This document shows positions 1 through 13,216 of a stretch of 34,978 nt of DNA, piece after piece. Each line of letters begins with the position of its first letter. The first letter of the stretch is position 1. The translations under genes were made by a program, and so were the position numbers. The stretch comes from Welwitschia mirabilis (Eukaryota). Where the stretch lies: contig JBOZIK010000001.1 of NCBI GenBank assembly GCA_051453625.1, forward strand, positions 6,721,103-6,756,080, read 5' to 3'. Below the pieces are notes generated by a model. The model worked only from the letters and a program-made list of their open reading frames with translations, had not been told where the DNA came from and did no database searches.

Positions 1-3000
1 AAGCAACTTAAATTATCAAGCAAGCACATCAAACTCACAAAACCAAAATGATTCACTTAGGAATTCCATTGATGAGTTAAGAAAATCTTAAGAGAAAACA
101 AATTAAAACATTGAAAATCTCGTTAGTGTTCTACAACAAACTATGCTTGCTAGTCAAAAACCACAAAGATCACTTGCAACACAACCTTTACCCAACCCTA
201 ATGAAGTAAAAAAAGATTGTAAGGTTATGACAAGAAGTAGAAACGATACAACACTTCTTACCCATGAGGCTTCAATATCCCTTATCCAAGAGGCTTCAAT
301 ATACCAAAATGACAAAAATGATAAAAAAAAAAGAAGATATCAAAACCTTAGAAAACCATACTTTCCTCTCTCCTTTAAATAATGATAAAAACACTAATCC
401 TACCTTTGATGAGCATATTAAAGCCTTAATGTAAAATTTAAGCATAAATTTACCATTTTGAAAACTTTTTCAAGAGAATCCTAAAATTCTAAGTTGTGGA
501 AAAATCTAATTAGGAGGAAAAAAAATCAACTATACCTAGTAAAGTATTCTTAATCCAATCTATAACCAACTTTGTTTTACAAAAATGTCTAAATTTTAAG
601 GATCCAGGGGAAGCAAAATTTAGTGTGACATTAGAAGGAAACAAGAGAATAAAGAAAGCCTTAATAGATATAGGAGCAAGTGTTAACATTATGCCTTTAC
701 ACATTTGTCAACAACTGGGTTTGGAAAGCAGAATTGAGCCTACAAGGATTGTCTTAGAATTAGCAGATATATCAGTAAAGAAATATTTAAGAGTAATTAA
801 AGATTTGTTGATTTAAATCGAAGAATCATTCTATCTAATAGATGTGGTTGTAATCGAAGTTGAGCATAATGGAGATTACTCATTACCTCTAGGTAGACCT
901 TTCTATGCAATAGCCCATTGTATTCTTAATACTGGAACTAGAATGATGGAATATCACTTAGGAAATAAAAAAGTTTACCATTAGAGTATTTGATGTTGCT
1001 GAAAATGATATAGGTGATGAGTTGCATATTAAAGGAGAAATTAAACCAAGTCTATTTTTACAGCATCATCCACTTGAAGAAAGATGATTAATGCTTCATG
1101 ATCCTTTCTTTGATGATCCACTTGAAATAGAAAAATTGAAATCTTTTGATGATGATCAACTTAACTATGAGCATTTAGGAACTCACTATTTTGATCAGGA
1201 GAGTATAGAAATGGTGCAGAAGTCCAACATCTAAACAAAACTGAGATTTCTTATTTTGAGGGAGGTCGTCCCCTCTAGTCATATGAATGACAATCTGAGA
1301 TGACACTTAATATTGATAAAAATTTAATAGAAAATAAAAATTTGAATTTAAATTTGAAACCTTTACCCAGTGGACTAAAATATGTCTTCCTACGTGATGA
1401 TCAAAGCAAACCTTTGATAATAAACAAGAATCTTTTCCATCAACAAGAGTTAATTTTACTCTCACTTTTAAAATTTAAGGTTAATGTGTTTGCTTGGTCC
1501 CATAAAGATTTAACAGCCATTCCTACCTTCATTATTCAACATAAAATCTACCTTAAGAATAATGCAAAACTTGTTAGCAACACCAACGTAGACTAAACCC
1601 AGCCCTTAAACAAGTCATAAAAGATGAAATCATTAGATTAATGGATGCTAGAATTATTTATGCTATAGCTGACAGTGAGTGGGTTATCCATTTGATGGTA
1701 GAAAGTTTGGAAGTGGAGAATGTGTATTAATTTTAGAAAAATAAATGAAGTAACTAAAAAAGACTATTGTCCTTTACTTTTTCTTGACCAGATACTTGAT
1801 AGAATTCAAGGACACACTTTTTATTACTTTCTTTATGGGTATAGTGGTTACAATTAGGTCTTTATCACTAGTGAGGATTAAGTTAAAACTACTTTTACTT
1901 TACCTTTTAGAACTTTTGCCTTTAGATGCATGCCTTTTGAACTTTGTAATGCTTCTGATACTTTTCAATGTGCAATGATGGGTATATTTTTCGATATGTT
2001 AGAGGATTCAATTGAAAATGTTCTGGATGACTTCTCAATCTATGGTGCAAACTTTGAACAATTCTCAGAAAGGTTAGAGAAAGTCCTTGATAGATGTATT
2101 AACAATGGTTTATATTTAAGTTGGGAGAAGAGTTTCTTTTTAGTTGATAATGAAATTGTATTAGTCACCAAATTTTTAATAAAGAAATTGGAATGGGCCC
2201 TAAAAAAGTTAGTATCATTAAAAACCTAATTTCTCCAGCAAATGTAAAACAAGTTCTATCCTTCCTTGGTTATTATGGTTTTTATCATCGTCTCATTCAC
2301 AACTATGCTAAAATTTGTAAACTGTTTTACTTGTTACTTGAAAAAGAAGCTAAATTTGATTAGAATGAATCTTGTCAGCTTGCTTTTGACACACTTAAAG
2401 ATAAAATCTCTTCTACACCTATTATAATAGGACCCAATTGGAATAAAGATTTTGGGTTAACGTGTGATGCTAGTAATATTGCTATGGATGGGATGCTTAG
2501 ACAAAAATATAAAAATTATTTTAAATTTATATCTTATAATAGTACAACTTTATCTAAATCTCAAATGAATTACACTACTACTAAAAAAGAAATGTTAGCA
2601 ATAATATTTTGCCTTGATACATCTAGACATTATCTTTTAGGCTTTCATATAAATATTTATACTGACCATGCAGCAATTAGATACCTCATGACCAAGAAAG
2701 ATTCTAGTGCTAGACTTATTAGATGAATCTTCCTCATGCAAGAATTTAATTTGACCATCATTGATAAAGCAGGAAAGCATAATAGTATAGTAGATCATTT
2801 GTCACATCATTCTTCCTCTATTGATGATCTTATGATTAATGATTCTTTTCTGGATAAATAACGTTTTGCGATATCTTCTACTCATTCTCCCCCTTGATAT
2901 GCTGACATTGTTAGTTATCTTGTTACCATGAAAACACCACAACTTTGGACTTATAATCAAAGAAAATCCTTTCTCCATAGAATAGGTGATTATGAATGGA

Positions 3001-3964
3001 TAGAGCCACATCTTTATTGTAGGTGCAAAGACCAAATCATGTGAAAATGTGTGCCCAAAGGGAAAAAATCAGACATCCTTCATCTTTTCCATGGTAATGT
3101 TTGTGGAGGTCATTTTAATACATAAAAAACAACTATGAAAATCCTCCATTCTGGTTTTTATGGACTTAATTTCTAGGACTCTTTTGATTTTACTACAAGG
3201 TGTGATTCTGGTCAACATTATGATAGCCTTATTCGTTCTCAAGAGATGTCCCATAAACCTATTCTTAAATGTGANNNNNNNNNNNNNNNNNNNNNNNNNN
3301 NNNNNNNNNNNNNNNNNNNNNNNNNNNNNNNNNNNNNNNNNNNNNNNNNNNNNNNNNNNNNNNNNNNNNNNNNNNNNNNNNNNNNNNNNNNNNNNNNNNN
3401 NNNNNNNNNNNNNNNNNNNNNNNNNNNNNNNNNNNNNNNNNNNNNNNNNNNNNNNNNNNNNNNNNNNNNNNNNNNNNNNNNNNNNNNNNNNNNNNNNNNN
3501 NNNNNNNNNNNNNNNNNNNNNNNNNNNNNNNNNNNNNNNNNNNNNNNNNNNNNNNNNNNNNNNNNNNNNNNNNNNNNNNNNNNNNNNNNNNNNNNNNNNN
3601 NNNNNNNNNNNNNNNNNNNNNNNNNNNNNNNNNNNNNNNNNNNNNNNNNNNNNNNNNNNNNNNNNNNNNNNNNNNNNNNNNNNNNNNNNNNNNNNNNNNN
3701 NNNNNNNNNNNNNNNNATGAACTTGTATATGGAAAAGTTTGTGTTTTACTTCTTGATGTGTGTTATAACTCTTATCATTCTTCCCATCAACTTAATCTTG
3801 TATACCTTCATGAGAGTCTTAAACACAAATTAGCTCAACTTGATCATCTTGATGGAAAACATACTTGTGTTATACATCGTCAACTCATTCACAAAGTCCA
3901 AGCTAAGTTCAACATGATAAAAAGTTACTTAATGAAAACTTTGAACTAGGTCAAATTGTCCTTT
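1..3964 (+). pseudogene. Gypsy gag-pol relic (aspartic protease, RT, RNase H, integrase) with many stops and frameshifts
   Basis: Protease: KDPGE and ALIDIGASVNIMP (~600-700), LPLGRPF (~885). RT: MPFELCNASDTFQ and VLDDFSIYG (1930-2050). RNase H: CDASN (~2463), NYTTTKKEMLAI, IYTDHAAIRYL. Integrase: zinc-finger-like stretch ~3080-3210 and an Athila-like C-terminal YGKVC..KHKLAQLDHLD at 3727-3855. Confidence 0.9.
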
Positions 3965-6391
3965 NNNNNNNNNNNNNNNNNNNNNNNNNNNNNNNNNNNN
4001 NNNNNNNNNNNNNNNNNNNNNNNNNNNNNNNNNNNNNNNNNNNNNNNNNNNNNNNNNNNNNNNNNNNNNNNNNNNNNNNNNNNNNNNNNNNNNNNNNNNN
4101 NNNNNNNNNNNNNNNNNNNNNNNNNNNNNNNNNNNNNNNNNNNNNNNNNNNNNNNNNNNNNNNNNNNNNNNNNNNNNNNNNNNNNNNNNNNNNNNNNNNN
4201 NNNNNNNNNNNNNNNNNNNNNNNNNNNNNNNNNNNNNNNNNNNNNNNNNNNNNNNNNNNNNNNNNNNNNNNNNNNNNNNNNNNNNNNNNNNNNNNNNNNN
4301 NNNNNNNNNNNNNNNNNNNNNNNNNNNNNNNNNNNNNNNNNNNNNNNNNNNNNNNNNNNNNNNNNNNNNNNNNNNNNNNNNNNNNNNNNNNNNNNNNNNN
4401 NNNNNNNNNNNNNNNNNNNNNNNNNNNNNNNNNNNNNNNNNNNNNNNNNNNNNNNNNNNNNNNNNNNNNNNNNNNNNNNNNNNNNNNNNNNNNNNNNNNN
4501 NNNNNNNNNNNNNNNNNNNNNNNNNNNNNNNNNNNNNNNNNNNNNNNNNNNNNNNNNNNNNNNNNNNNNNNNNNNNNNNNNNNNNNNNNNNNNNNNNNNN
4601 NNNNNNNNNNNNNNNNNNNNNNNNNNNNNNNNNNNNNNNNNNNNNNNNNNNNNNNNNNNNNNNNNNNNNNNNNNNNNNNNNNNNNNNNNNNNNNNNNNNN
4701 NNNNNNNNNNNNNNNNNNNNNNNNNNNNNNNNNNNNNNNNNNNNNNNNNNNNNNNNNNNNNNNNNNNNNNNNNNNNNNNNNNNNNNNCAGAGACATTGCT
4801 TGTTTTCTAAACTCTTAGTATTTCCACATGATCATTTCACTCTTAAGGATTCAGGTGTGTTTTAGAGCATGAGTAGGTGAGTTCATTTCTGAGCAGCTTT
4901 TGATCTTATCATTCATTATTCTAAGCGTTTAATCTTTGGTATCATCATAATCATTGCCTTATTAAGTAGAACTTCATAAAGTCATACGTTTGTTATGCAT
5001 TTTTACTCAGGTGGTTTTATTATATCTTCCAATGGGGTTTGCTAGTTAGAATTTAGAGTAGGTATGCTATCTTCTTCATGTTCTTTGTGTCCATTTTCAT
5101 TCTGTTTTTTTCAATTATTTGGTTTGTTATTTTAAAGTCATTTTTGTACTTTTTTATCCACATCTATGACCTTATCATTCAGCAGTTTTCTTATTCATGT
5201 CATTTCTTTCAATAACAAGTTGATTTTCTTTTAACATTTTTAGGCAACCATACCTTATTATTTAGTATTTTTATGAGTTTCCTTTGAAACTTTTAGAGTT
5301 CTACATATTTTTAAGATTATTCACAGTTTGAGGACATTTGTTAAGTTTTTTTTTTTTTGACATCTTTCATCCTACTAAGTGCATTTTTCATTGCCCTATC
5401 TTTCAATTCTTTTGCATTTTTCCTCCTCATCTCCATTCATCATGAATCTTCACCATTCCCAATTTTTTGAGCTTTCTAATACATTCTAATACCTTCACGA
5501 TGCTATATGAGCCTAACTTGTTTGGCTAATATCTCAAATTTTCTAAAAATTGCTTAAAGTCTTATCATCCACATGATTGTCCAGATGACACTGTGGATGA
5601 CATTAGGATTTTTCTAATAATCATCCTAGGGCTATCGTCTGGATGATGCAACTGGACAATGGTGCAATAAAATTGTGGTTCAGCTTCTTTTTCCTCATTT
5701 TTCTTTCATTCTCTATCATTTCTACCCATTCTACTGAGAGAAAAAAGTGCCCTTAGTTCCTGCCAACATGCTAGAACTTGTCCTACACCAGTTCATCCCC
5801 CAGATTTCCATATTTTAGCAAATTCTCAAAAATGAGGTATGTTTTTCTCTCCCTCATTATTTTTTAAATTTTTATTCTATTTTTGAGCCTTTAGAAACAT
5901 AATTTCCCCATATGTTGTTTAGTTTTTTAAGATCTTTGATTAGGAACTTACGAATCTGGTTTTCATTACGTATTTTCCAAGTTATAATGAATTGTGTACT
6001 TTACGAGGTAGAACTAGGTTTTTCACTTTAAACCTCATTTTCTCGCAGATGGTAAATTGAAATGTTGTGGTCCTTTAGGGAAATTGTTTAATACAATGCA
6101 CTCTTGGATTTTAGTGGATTAGATTTTTTGTTTGAGCACACTTTCATTTTTCACTTTATGGGAGGTCCCCCTAAAATACATATTTTAACTTTTTTGCATG
6201 TTTCACATTTTTCTTCGCATGACTAGGTAATATGGGATGTATTAACACTTTTAAGGGGGAAGTAGGGCATATTTTCATAATTTTGACACATTTTAAATTA
6301 GTTTATGGGATCATTTTGAGCATCCACATGACGTATTTTAGCTATATTCACTTGATCTAGTGTGATGTCTTGCATATTTATGGTTGAGTAG

Positions 6392-8446
6392 GTCACACAC
6401 ACGTAGAGCTAGACCAGTGGAGGCTAAGGTTGATGCTATTAAGAAAAAGACTGATTCATTAGCACCACTAGAGATTGAGCAAGCAGAGCCCATCCATCCT
6501 CCACCTCTGCATTCTCGATCATTGACTATCTAGACTGCGATCATTTGTGTTGATAGGTACTTTGGTGATTTCATGAGCCGCATGGAGGTAAAGGTGGACT
6601 AGAGATTGATAGACTTACAACTCTAGTGGACATTAGACACATAGAACANNNNNNNNNNNNNNNNNNNNNNNNNNNNNNNNNNNNNNNNNNNNNNNNNNNN
6701 NNNNNNNNNNNNNNNNNNNNNNNNNNNNNNNNNNNNNNNNNNNNNNNNNNNNNNNNNNNNNNNNNNNNNNNNNNNNNNNNNNNNNNNNNNNNNNNNNNNN
6801 NNNNNNNNNNNNNNNNNNNNNNNNNNNNNNNNNNNNNNNNNNNNNNNNNNNNNNNNNNNNNNNNNNNNNNNNNNNNNNNNNNNNNNNNNNNNNNNNNNNN
6901 NNNNNNNNNNNNNNNNNNNNNNNNNNNNNNNNNNNNNNNNNNNNNNNNNNNNNNNNNNNNNNNNNNNNNNNNNNNNNNNNNNNNNNNNNNNNNNNNNNNN
7001 NNNNNNNNNNNNNNNNNNNNNNNNNNNNNNNNNNNNNNNNNNNNNNNNNNNNNNNNNNNNNNNNNNNNNNNNNNNNNNNNNNNNNNNNNNNNNNNNNNNN
7101 NNNNNNNNNNNNNNNNNNNNNNNNNNNNNNNNNNNNNNNNNNNNNNNNNNNNNNNNNNNNNNNNNNNNNNNNNNNNNNNNNNNNNNNNNNNNNNNNNNNN
7201 NNNNNNNNNNNNNNNNNNNNNNNNNNNNNNNNNNNNNNNNNNNNNNNNNNNNNNNNNNNNNNNNNNNNNNNNNNNNNNNNNNNNNNNNNNNNNNNNNNNN
7301 NNNNNNNNNNNNNNNNNNNNNNNNNNNNNNNNNNNNNNNNNNNNNNNNNNNNNNNNNNNNNNNNNNNNNNNNNNNNNNNNNNNNNNNNNNNNNNNNNNNN
7401 NNNNNNNNNNNNNNNNNNNNNNNNNNNNNNNNNNNNNNNNNNNNNNNNNNNNNNNNNNNNNNNNNNNNNNNNNNNNNNNNNNNNNNNNNNNNNNNNNNNN
7501 NACACATACTATGTATCTAAGACCAAGGAGTTTTATAACACTATGCATATAGAGCATCGCTGCGATGCCCGTGACTAGCTTGTGGATATGATTGTAGCTA
7601 CTATTTAGGGTCACGAGACCATCATCCTTCCAAACCACATTACAGTAATGATTGAGCTAGCAACACAGAGAAGTGTCATACGTAAGATGCAACATTAGAT
7701 ATTCCAGCAATTTTGACTCTAGATAGACAGGGCATTTTGGTGACATAGTTGACTTCTATCTATCGGATTTTGCACAGAGGGTTCATTTACAACATCAGCT
7801 CATCTTTTCATGGTAGTCATACTATGGTGGTGCATCTATAGATTTTGGTAGTGTTTAGGCAGGGTGAGCAAATGGACTTATTCACATTTATCTGGAAGAG
7901 ACTCAGGTCCATGGTAGAGGCACACCAACTTTAGACTATGGGATATCTATGCCTCCTCTCAGTCATGTTTAGATGATTTGGCATACTAGAGCTTGTAGGC
8001 AAGTAGTGATTCATGCATATACAGACTTTAGCTCATTACCTACAGGACATGGATATATAGGTACCAGGAGAGGCAGAGAGACCTTATGTACAGAGACCTG
8101 CAATTAGAGCTTCTATAGAGTAGATTCAGGCCATCCTAGTAAGACTACTTAGACCATCAGCTGGATCGTAGACCGAGGCATTTCTATACTAGAGCAGAGA
8201 ATCTAGATGATTGAGAGGAGAGTACAGCACACTCAGGAGAAGTTGGTGGATGTGCGAAAACGCATCCTACAGATAGAGCACAGTGTGATGATAGACCTTC
8301 CAGAGACTGTTCGAGTATAGGGAGATGAGAAAGCACAGACGATTATGACACTTGATCATTGTTTCCCTGCAGTTCCTAAGCATCCTCCCTCTTTTCCTCC
8401 TACACCTGATCTTGCCATCCATCAAGAGTTTATTATGACCAGATGA
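6392..8446 (+). pseudogene. Decayed extra 3' ORF (env-like / plant transposon protein type) of the Athila-like element
   Basis: GC-richer, coding-like segment between pol and the PPT. Fragments such as TYYVSKTKEFYNTMH (~7505), LHRGFIYNI (~7770) and MDLFTFIWKR (~7872) resemble the Y..L..EFY motif of Athila/Sirevirus extra ORFs. An N-gap interrupts it and the ends are approximate. Confidence 0.55.
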
Positions 8447-8947
8447 GGAGAGTAATTATTTAATGTTGTATTTTTGTACCTTCTCGTCTATGTGTCGTAT
8501 AAAACTCATGATATTGAGTATCATCATGGTGTATGTTTTTATTGCTAGATTTTATGTATATTTTTTACAAATCATTTTTCTTCATACTTCATGATGAGGA
8601 TCATCTATGTTATACACATTTATATTTTCTATCTGCTGTACATTTAAGTAAGGGGCTATTAATTACCAATATATTTAATGATATCTTTCCAAAAATGTTT
8701 TCACAGGATTTTCTTTTTCAAAATCAATTTTTGAGCCTATTGTCCCTTACATCATACAGACGACCACTAAGATGATATTATGATCAGTTGCACTACACAA
8801 ATGAAAATGTTTAGTTATCTATTTTTGACATTTCTATTCCATATTCTAAGATTACTAAAAATCTTTCTTAGTTTAATTCACAGTTTTCTAATTAATTTAT
8901 TGTTAGACAATTTAGCTCGCAATCGTGGTTATTCACCTAGTTTTTTT

Positions 8948-8973
8948 AGGGACTGACAAGGCTAGGTGGGAGG
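8948..8973 (+). promoter_or_regulatory. Polypurine tract region before the 3' LTR
   Basis: agggactgacaaggctaggtgggagg ends 3 bp before the TG that starts the LTR and resembles the Athila 3' internal terminus. Confidence 0.65.
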
Positions 8974-8976
8974 CTA

Positions 8977-10238
8977 TGTTGTGCTGCCAAATTGTATGTA
9001 CTTGATAAGGTATTTTGAGTAGTTTTATAGGAAATTAGACATGTTTATGATAAGATTTGACAATAATAAAGAGATAAAGCAAATGTCACAGAAACATGCA
9101 ATCTTCATTACATTTTACAGCATTTTAAGCAATTTATAATACTTCTTATCTGAAGCAACAGTTCTGTAATAAAAAAGGATAATGCCACACATGAAATACT
9201 TTATAAAATCCCATTGTCTACCTAATCGTCTGGATAACTGTATGAATGAAAAATACACTTAAGCTAATGACGATAACTACTAGATCAATCTGCCAACTAA
9301 TATGGAACTCTTATGATATGGCATCATCTACTGTGATGTTCGAATGACTAGTAGGATGACACCTAAAATAAACGCTTTACCAAACTTCATCAAACTTTGA
9401 ACATTTGTCTTACACTTTCTTGCATGATTGTTAGGGTTATTTGCATGTCTGATACTCCTTTTTTATTTTAGGGTCTGTTTGTAATAGATACCTCCTTCGC
9501 CTTCGACTCCATTTTTATCTTTGTTTACACTAGAAATTCTTGTGACAGGAGATAAAAGGGCCAAAGGTTCATCCATTATTATTACAGAGAAATGTCTTCC
9601 TTGGTGTTCAGCTATGTATACTTCATTAAGGTGCTACTGCTTTGTAACATGAATGTTGATTCACTTTTAATCGAAACTCTATTTTTATTTTGATATCTTT
9701 TATTTTATGTAGCTCTCTTAGGGTTTATGTTGCCTCTGATTATGTAATAGCTTCTTTGATGATATAGATCACAAGGGTAACCTTTGCTAAGGTTGACATT
9801 ATTAGTTTAGGTACATTGCATTTCATTTCCTAAATTAACTTTGCATTGTTTTCATATTCTGTTCGACGTACCTAATAGCTTAGGTTGATCTTGGTCTAAT
9901 GATGACATTCCTTAATTGATCTAGGTTTTATAGGGTCAACCTCCATAACAGGTTGATTTGGTAATCAGATAGAAGTTTCATTTAGCTTAGTCTTGCATTT
10001 CATTTGCATAGTGTATTTATTTGCATTGTTATTTGCATTATTATTTCATTCTACTTTGAGGATACATTATTTAATTTGTAAAATCAATTCTCTTTCTTCT
10101 CGTTCGTGCCTTCAACAAGATTACGACATTTGGGTCACTTTCATCTATATTAGTGTGTTGTGTTGTGAAAAATCTATATATATTTATGATTTACAGGATC
10201 TGTTTGAGGATGTAACGTTTGCACAAATACACACCACA
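8977..10238 (+). repeat. 3' LTR of the Athila-like element (~1.26 kb)
   Basis: Starts TGTTGTG right after the PPT and ends CACCACA, an imperfect terminal inverted repeat. The right flank is atact, the candidate TSD. Confidence 0.7.
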
Positions 10239-10319
10239 ATACTCATAATATAGGTTGCCTTTAACCCTAAAAAACATTAAAGAACTTTATCAAGTTGAAT
10301 GCTTAAAAACACATTCATG

Positions 10320-10890
10320 TGTGATTCTTATGCAGATGGAAAAATTTAATATTAAACCTATGACAATCAATATTTTTCTTAGATTGACGATAATTTTAAC
10401 TTTAATACCTTACTAATCCCATAAGGAGGTGATGTGGATGACATTACTAGCATGAGACTTTTCTCATTTTCATAGAAATGAAAACTAAAAATGGAATTAC
10501 ATTTAGTCAACTATTATTTGATTATATTTTGGAGAAAACTTAATAAAGACTTCTTGAAGAAGTACTTTATTACATACAAAACCAATGAGTCAAGAAGAAA
10601 AATGTTATTTTGTCACAAAATGATAATGAATATTTGCACAAAGCCTTTTAATTTGTTCGACATATTTTGATGAAATGACCCTAACATGGATTTGAAACTT
10701 TTATATACTAAGTATATTTTATGAAGAATTAATAATAAAATGTAGATGAATGATTGAATTAACAAGTGAAAGAATGTTACATCTAAGCAATTAGATAAGG
10801 CATGGAAAGTTATATAATTAATGCAAGGCATTGTATGCAATTTTTTACATCATTGTTGTATTGTTGGTCACCAAAAGCATGATCAAGAAA
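10320..10890 (+). mobile_element. Possible very decayed LINE ORF1 fragment (DUF4283 / zinc-knuckle-like)
   Basis: FLHHCCIVGHQK (~10840-10880) resembles the FC..C..VGH knuckle, and FVRHILM (~10652) resembles FAR.CVE. Heavily degenerate. Confidence 0.3.
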
Positions 10891-11642
10891 CATGAAATAA
10901 CTTTCATAGTTCAATTATGTTGACCTTTTGGTTAACCAATTTTGCATGTATGTTACCTAATGGGGTATTTTGTTAATGCATTACACTAATTTACTTTATT
11001 AATGTATTTCCTCAAACTTCTTAATAAATGATCAACCATCCTCAAGAAGAGGAGACCTTTTGTACCTAGAATTCTCCTTATTTTGATTTTGAATTTTATT
11101 TCAAGAACATTATATCATATGCTTACTGCAAAGAAGAACATTATATCATATTTAAAAGTTTCTTTTAGAGCTTGTATTTTTGTTTTTAATTTAAAACATA
11201 GTAACTTTTTCCTTTATTCAATTTCTTCCTTTATACTTTCATGATCTCTGTTGTTTTTTTGTATTCAAGATGTCATGGAGTACTATTACTATGGTAGTCT
11301 AATTAATTTAATAATTACAATTTCATAATAAAACCTAATTATTATGTGAATGAAACTTAATTGTAGTTAAATAATAACTTTTGATAAAGGTGAAATTTAA
11401 GTTAGATATTTAATATAGGTTTGATACAATGTCATTTTTTGTTCTATACTCTTTTATTAGTTCTTTATATTATGAATCATAAAATGCTAACATAATACTT
11501 AACTATCCATCTTTACTAATATATAACATCATTGATTGTTAACTTATGGAGATATAAGTATAAGTAAAGTGCAAAATGACTTGTGTTAGTTAATTTGTTC
11601 AACTAGGATGACTTACATCATTTTGTGTTAAATCATTGTCGT

Positions 11643-13216
11643 TGTTGTGAAGTATGATATCTTAGGCTAATTGTCGATGATCATGTGGATGTCTAGTAGT
11701 ACAAGCAACAAACTTATATTTTGTAGTCCAACAAGAAATGTGACTCAGGTATTCATGAGATATTTTAAAGATCACAGTTGTTTTGGTGTGTTTGCCATTA
11801 CAAGTAGGGAAAATATAAAAATTTTTAATTAATAAGCACCACTAGGGGAGGAAATACATCTTGTAAATTGCATTTTTTACTCCTTCATAGTTAACTTTTA
11901 ATGTTTACTTAATCAGATAAGAAAGAAAACCTTAAGAAGTATCCTTAAGTAGTTTAATTTTTAGTATTTATTAGATCTTTCAGTTATCATTAGAAATTAT
12001 TTAGCATATGATGTTATTTTCTTTCTTTTAGAAACATGAAATTGTTTCTAGTACTAGTAGTTTAGAAAGTTTTTAAATAAATTTAACACCTTTGATATAA
12101 TTATAAAAGGCATATCTCTATGAAACTAGAAATATGAAATCCATTGAACTCTGATTGCAAAGCAAATAAAGGAGATAGTAGAGGAAGAGAAACCCATAAA
12201 ACAAGCAAAAGGGAATTCTCAACTGCAAATATAAAGGAAGATATGCTTAATATATTAGATTGTTTGTCATGAAGATTAAAGATCCACATTAACATTATTC
12301 CATTTTCATATCATCATTCACCATTCACGTTCACTATTTAAAGTAATTCCATTTAATTCTACTCCATCTTGATTTTATCTTTGCATCTATTTTGTATGTT
12401 ACATCTCATTTTGCATTTCATCAATTATTATTCTTCCATCTACCACTCTTTATCTCACTTTTGTAATGCATTGTNNNNNNNNNNNNNNNNNNNNNNNNNN
12501 NNNNNNNNNNNNNNNNNNNNNNNNNNNNNNNNNNNNNNNNNNNNNNNNNNNNNNNNNNNNNNNNNNNNNNNNNNTTTTGCATTTCATAAATTATTATTCT
12601 TCCATCTAACACTCCTTATCTCACTTTTGTAATGCATTGTACCATAATTCATTGTGCATTAAATGTACCACCATCATTACATTATCATTTAATATCAAAG
12701 TTTGCTTTGTGTACTATGTAGCATAACTTGCTAATGCACATCATGATCATTATCAAATCAAATGATTCAAATATCTCACATGCTAATTGATCTATCCTAC
12801 TTGCTTTCTTTTCACTTGAAAGGAAAAATAGTATGATATTTTTCACAAGTGCACTATCTTGTGAAAATTATAAGTGATGTAAGATAAGTTTCTTTTGGAA
12901 AAGAGTGGAAATATAATATAATCCATTACTTCATGCAGTTATATCACTTTCATAAGAAATTACATAAAAGAATCATCAAATTATTATATGATTCTATGTG
13001 ACATTTCACTATGCAAAGCATAAAGATAATAAAGAAATGATGACCACTAATACATAATTTCATAAAATCATTAATATGTTTTATTATTAATTTAATCAAA
13101 ATAAATATTAAAAAATTTAAAAATTTAAAAATTAAATCATATTTATAAACTTATTTGTAATTGTATTTAGAAGTTCTTATATATAACCAAAATGCCAAAA
13201 GGCACACTTCACAACA
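11643..13216. mobile_element. Putative solo-LTR-like segment bounded by 14-bp inverted repeats
   Basis: Left end tgttgtgaagtatg and right end cacacttcacaaca match 13/14 as inverted repeats, with TG...CA termini. The right end falls exactly where the Copia RT homology stops. The flanks (gtcgt / gcttg) do not form a TSD. Confidence 0.5.

Larger units (their letters stand above)
1..10238 (+). mobile_element. Degenerate Ty3/Gypsy LTR retrotransposon, Athila-like; 5' end lies outside the window
   Basis: Gypsy domain order PR-RT-RH-IN on +, then a non-coding stretch, an extra ORF relic, a purine-rich PPT and a TG...CA LTR. The motif atcgtctggat occurs in both the internal region (5634-5644) and the LTR (9225-9235). 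Confidence 0.88.

Noticed and set aside
3160..7638. Long ORFs of 186-355 aa in the ORF track
   Set aside because: They are mostly X residues read through N-gaps and are artefacts.
12409..12640. ~66-bp direct repeat either side of the 12475-12574 gap
   Set aside because: Near-identical sequence abutting a 100-N placeholder gap. Most likely overlapping contig ends or haplotypes.
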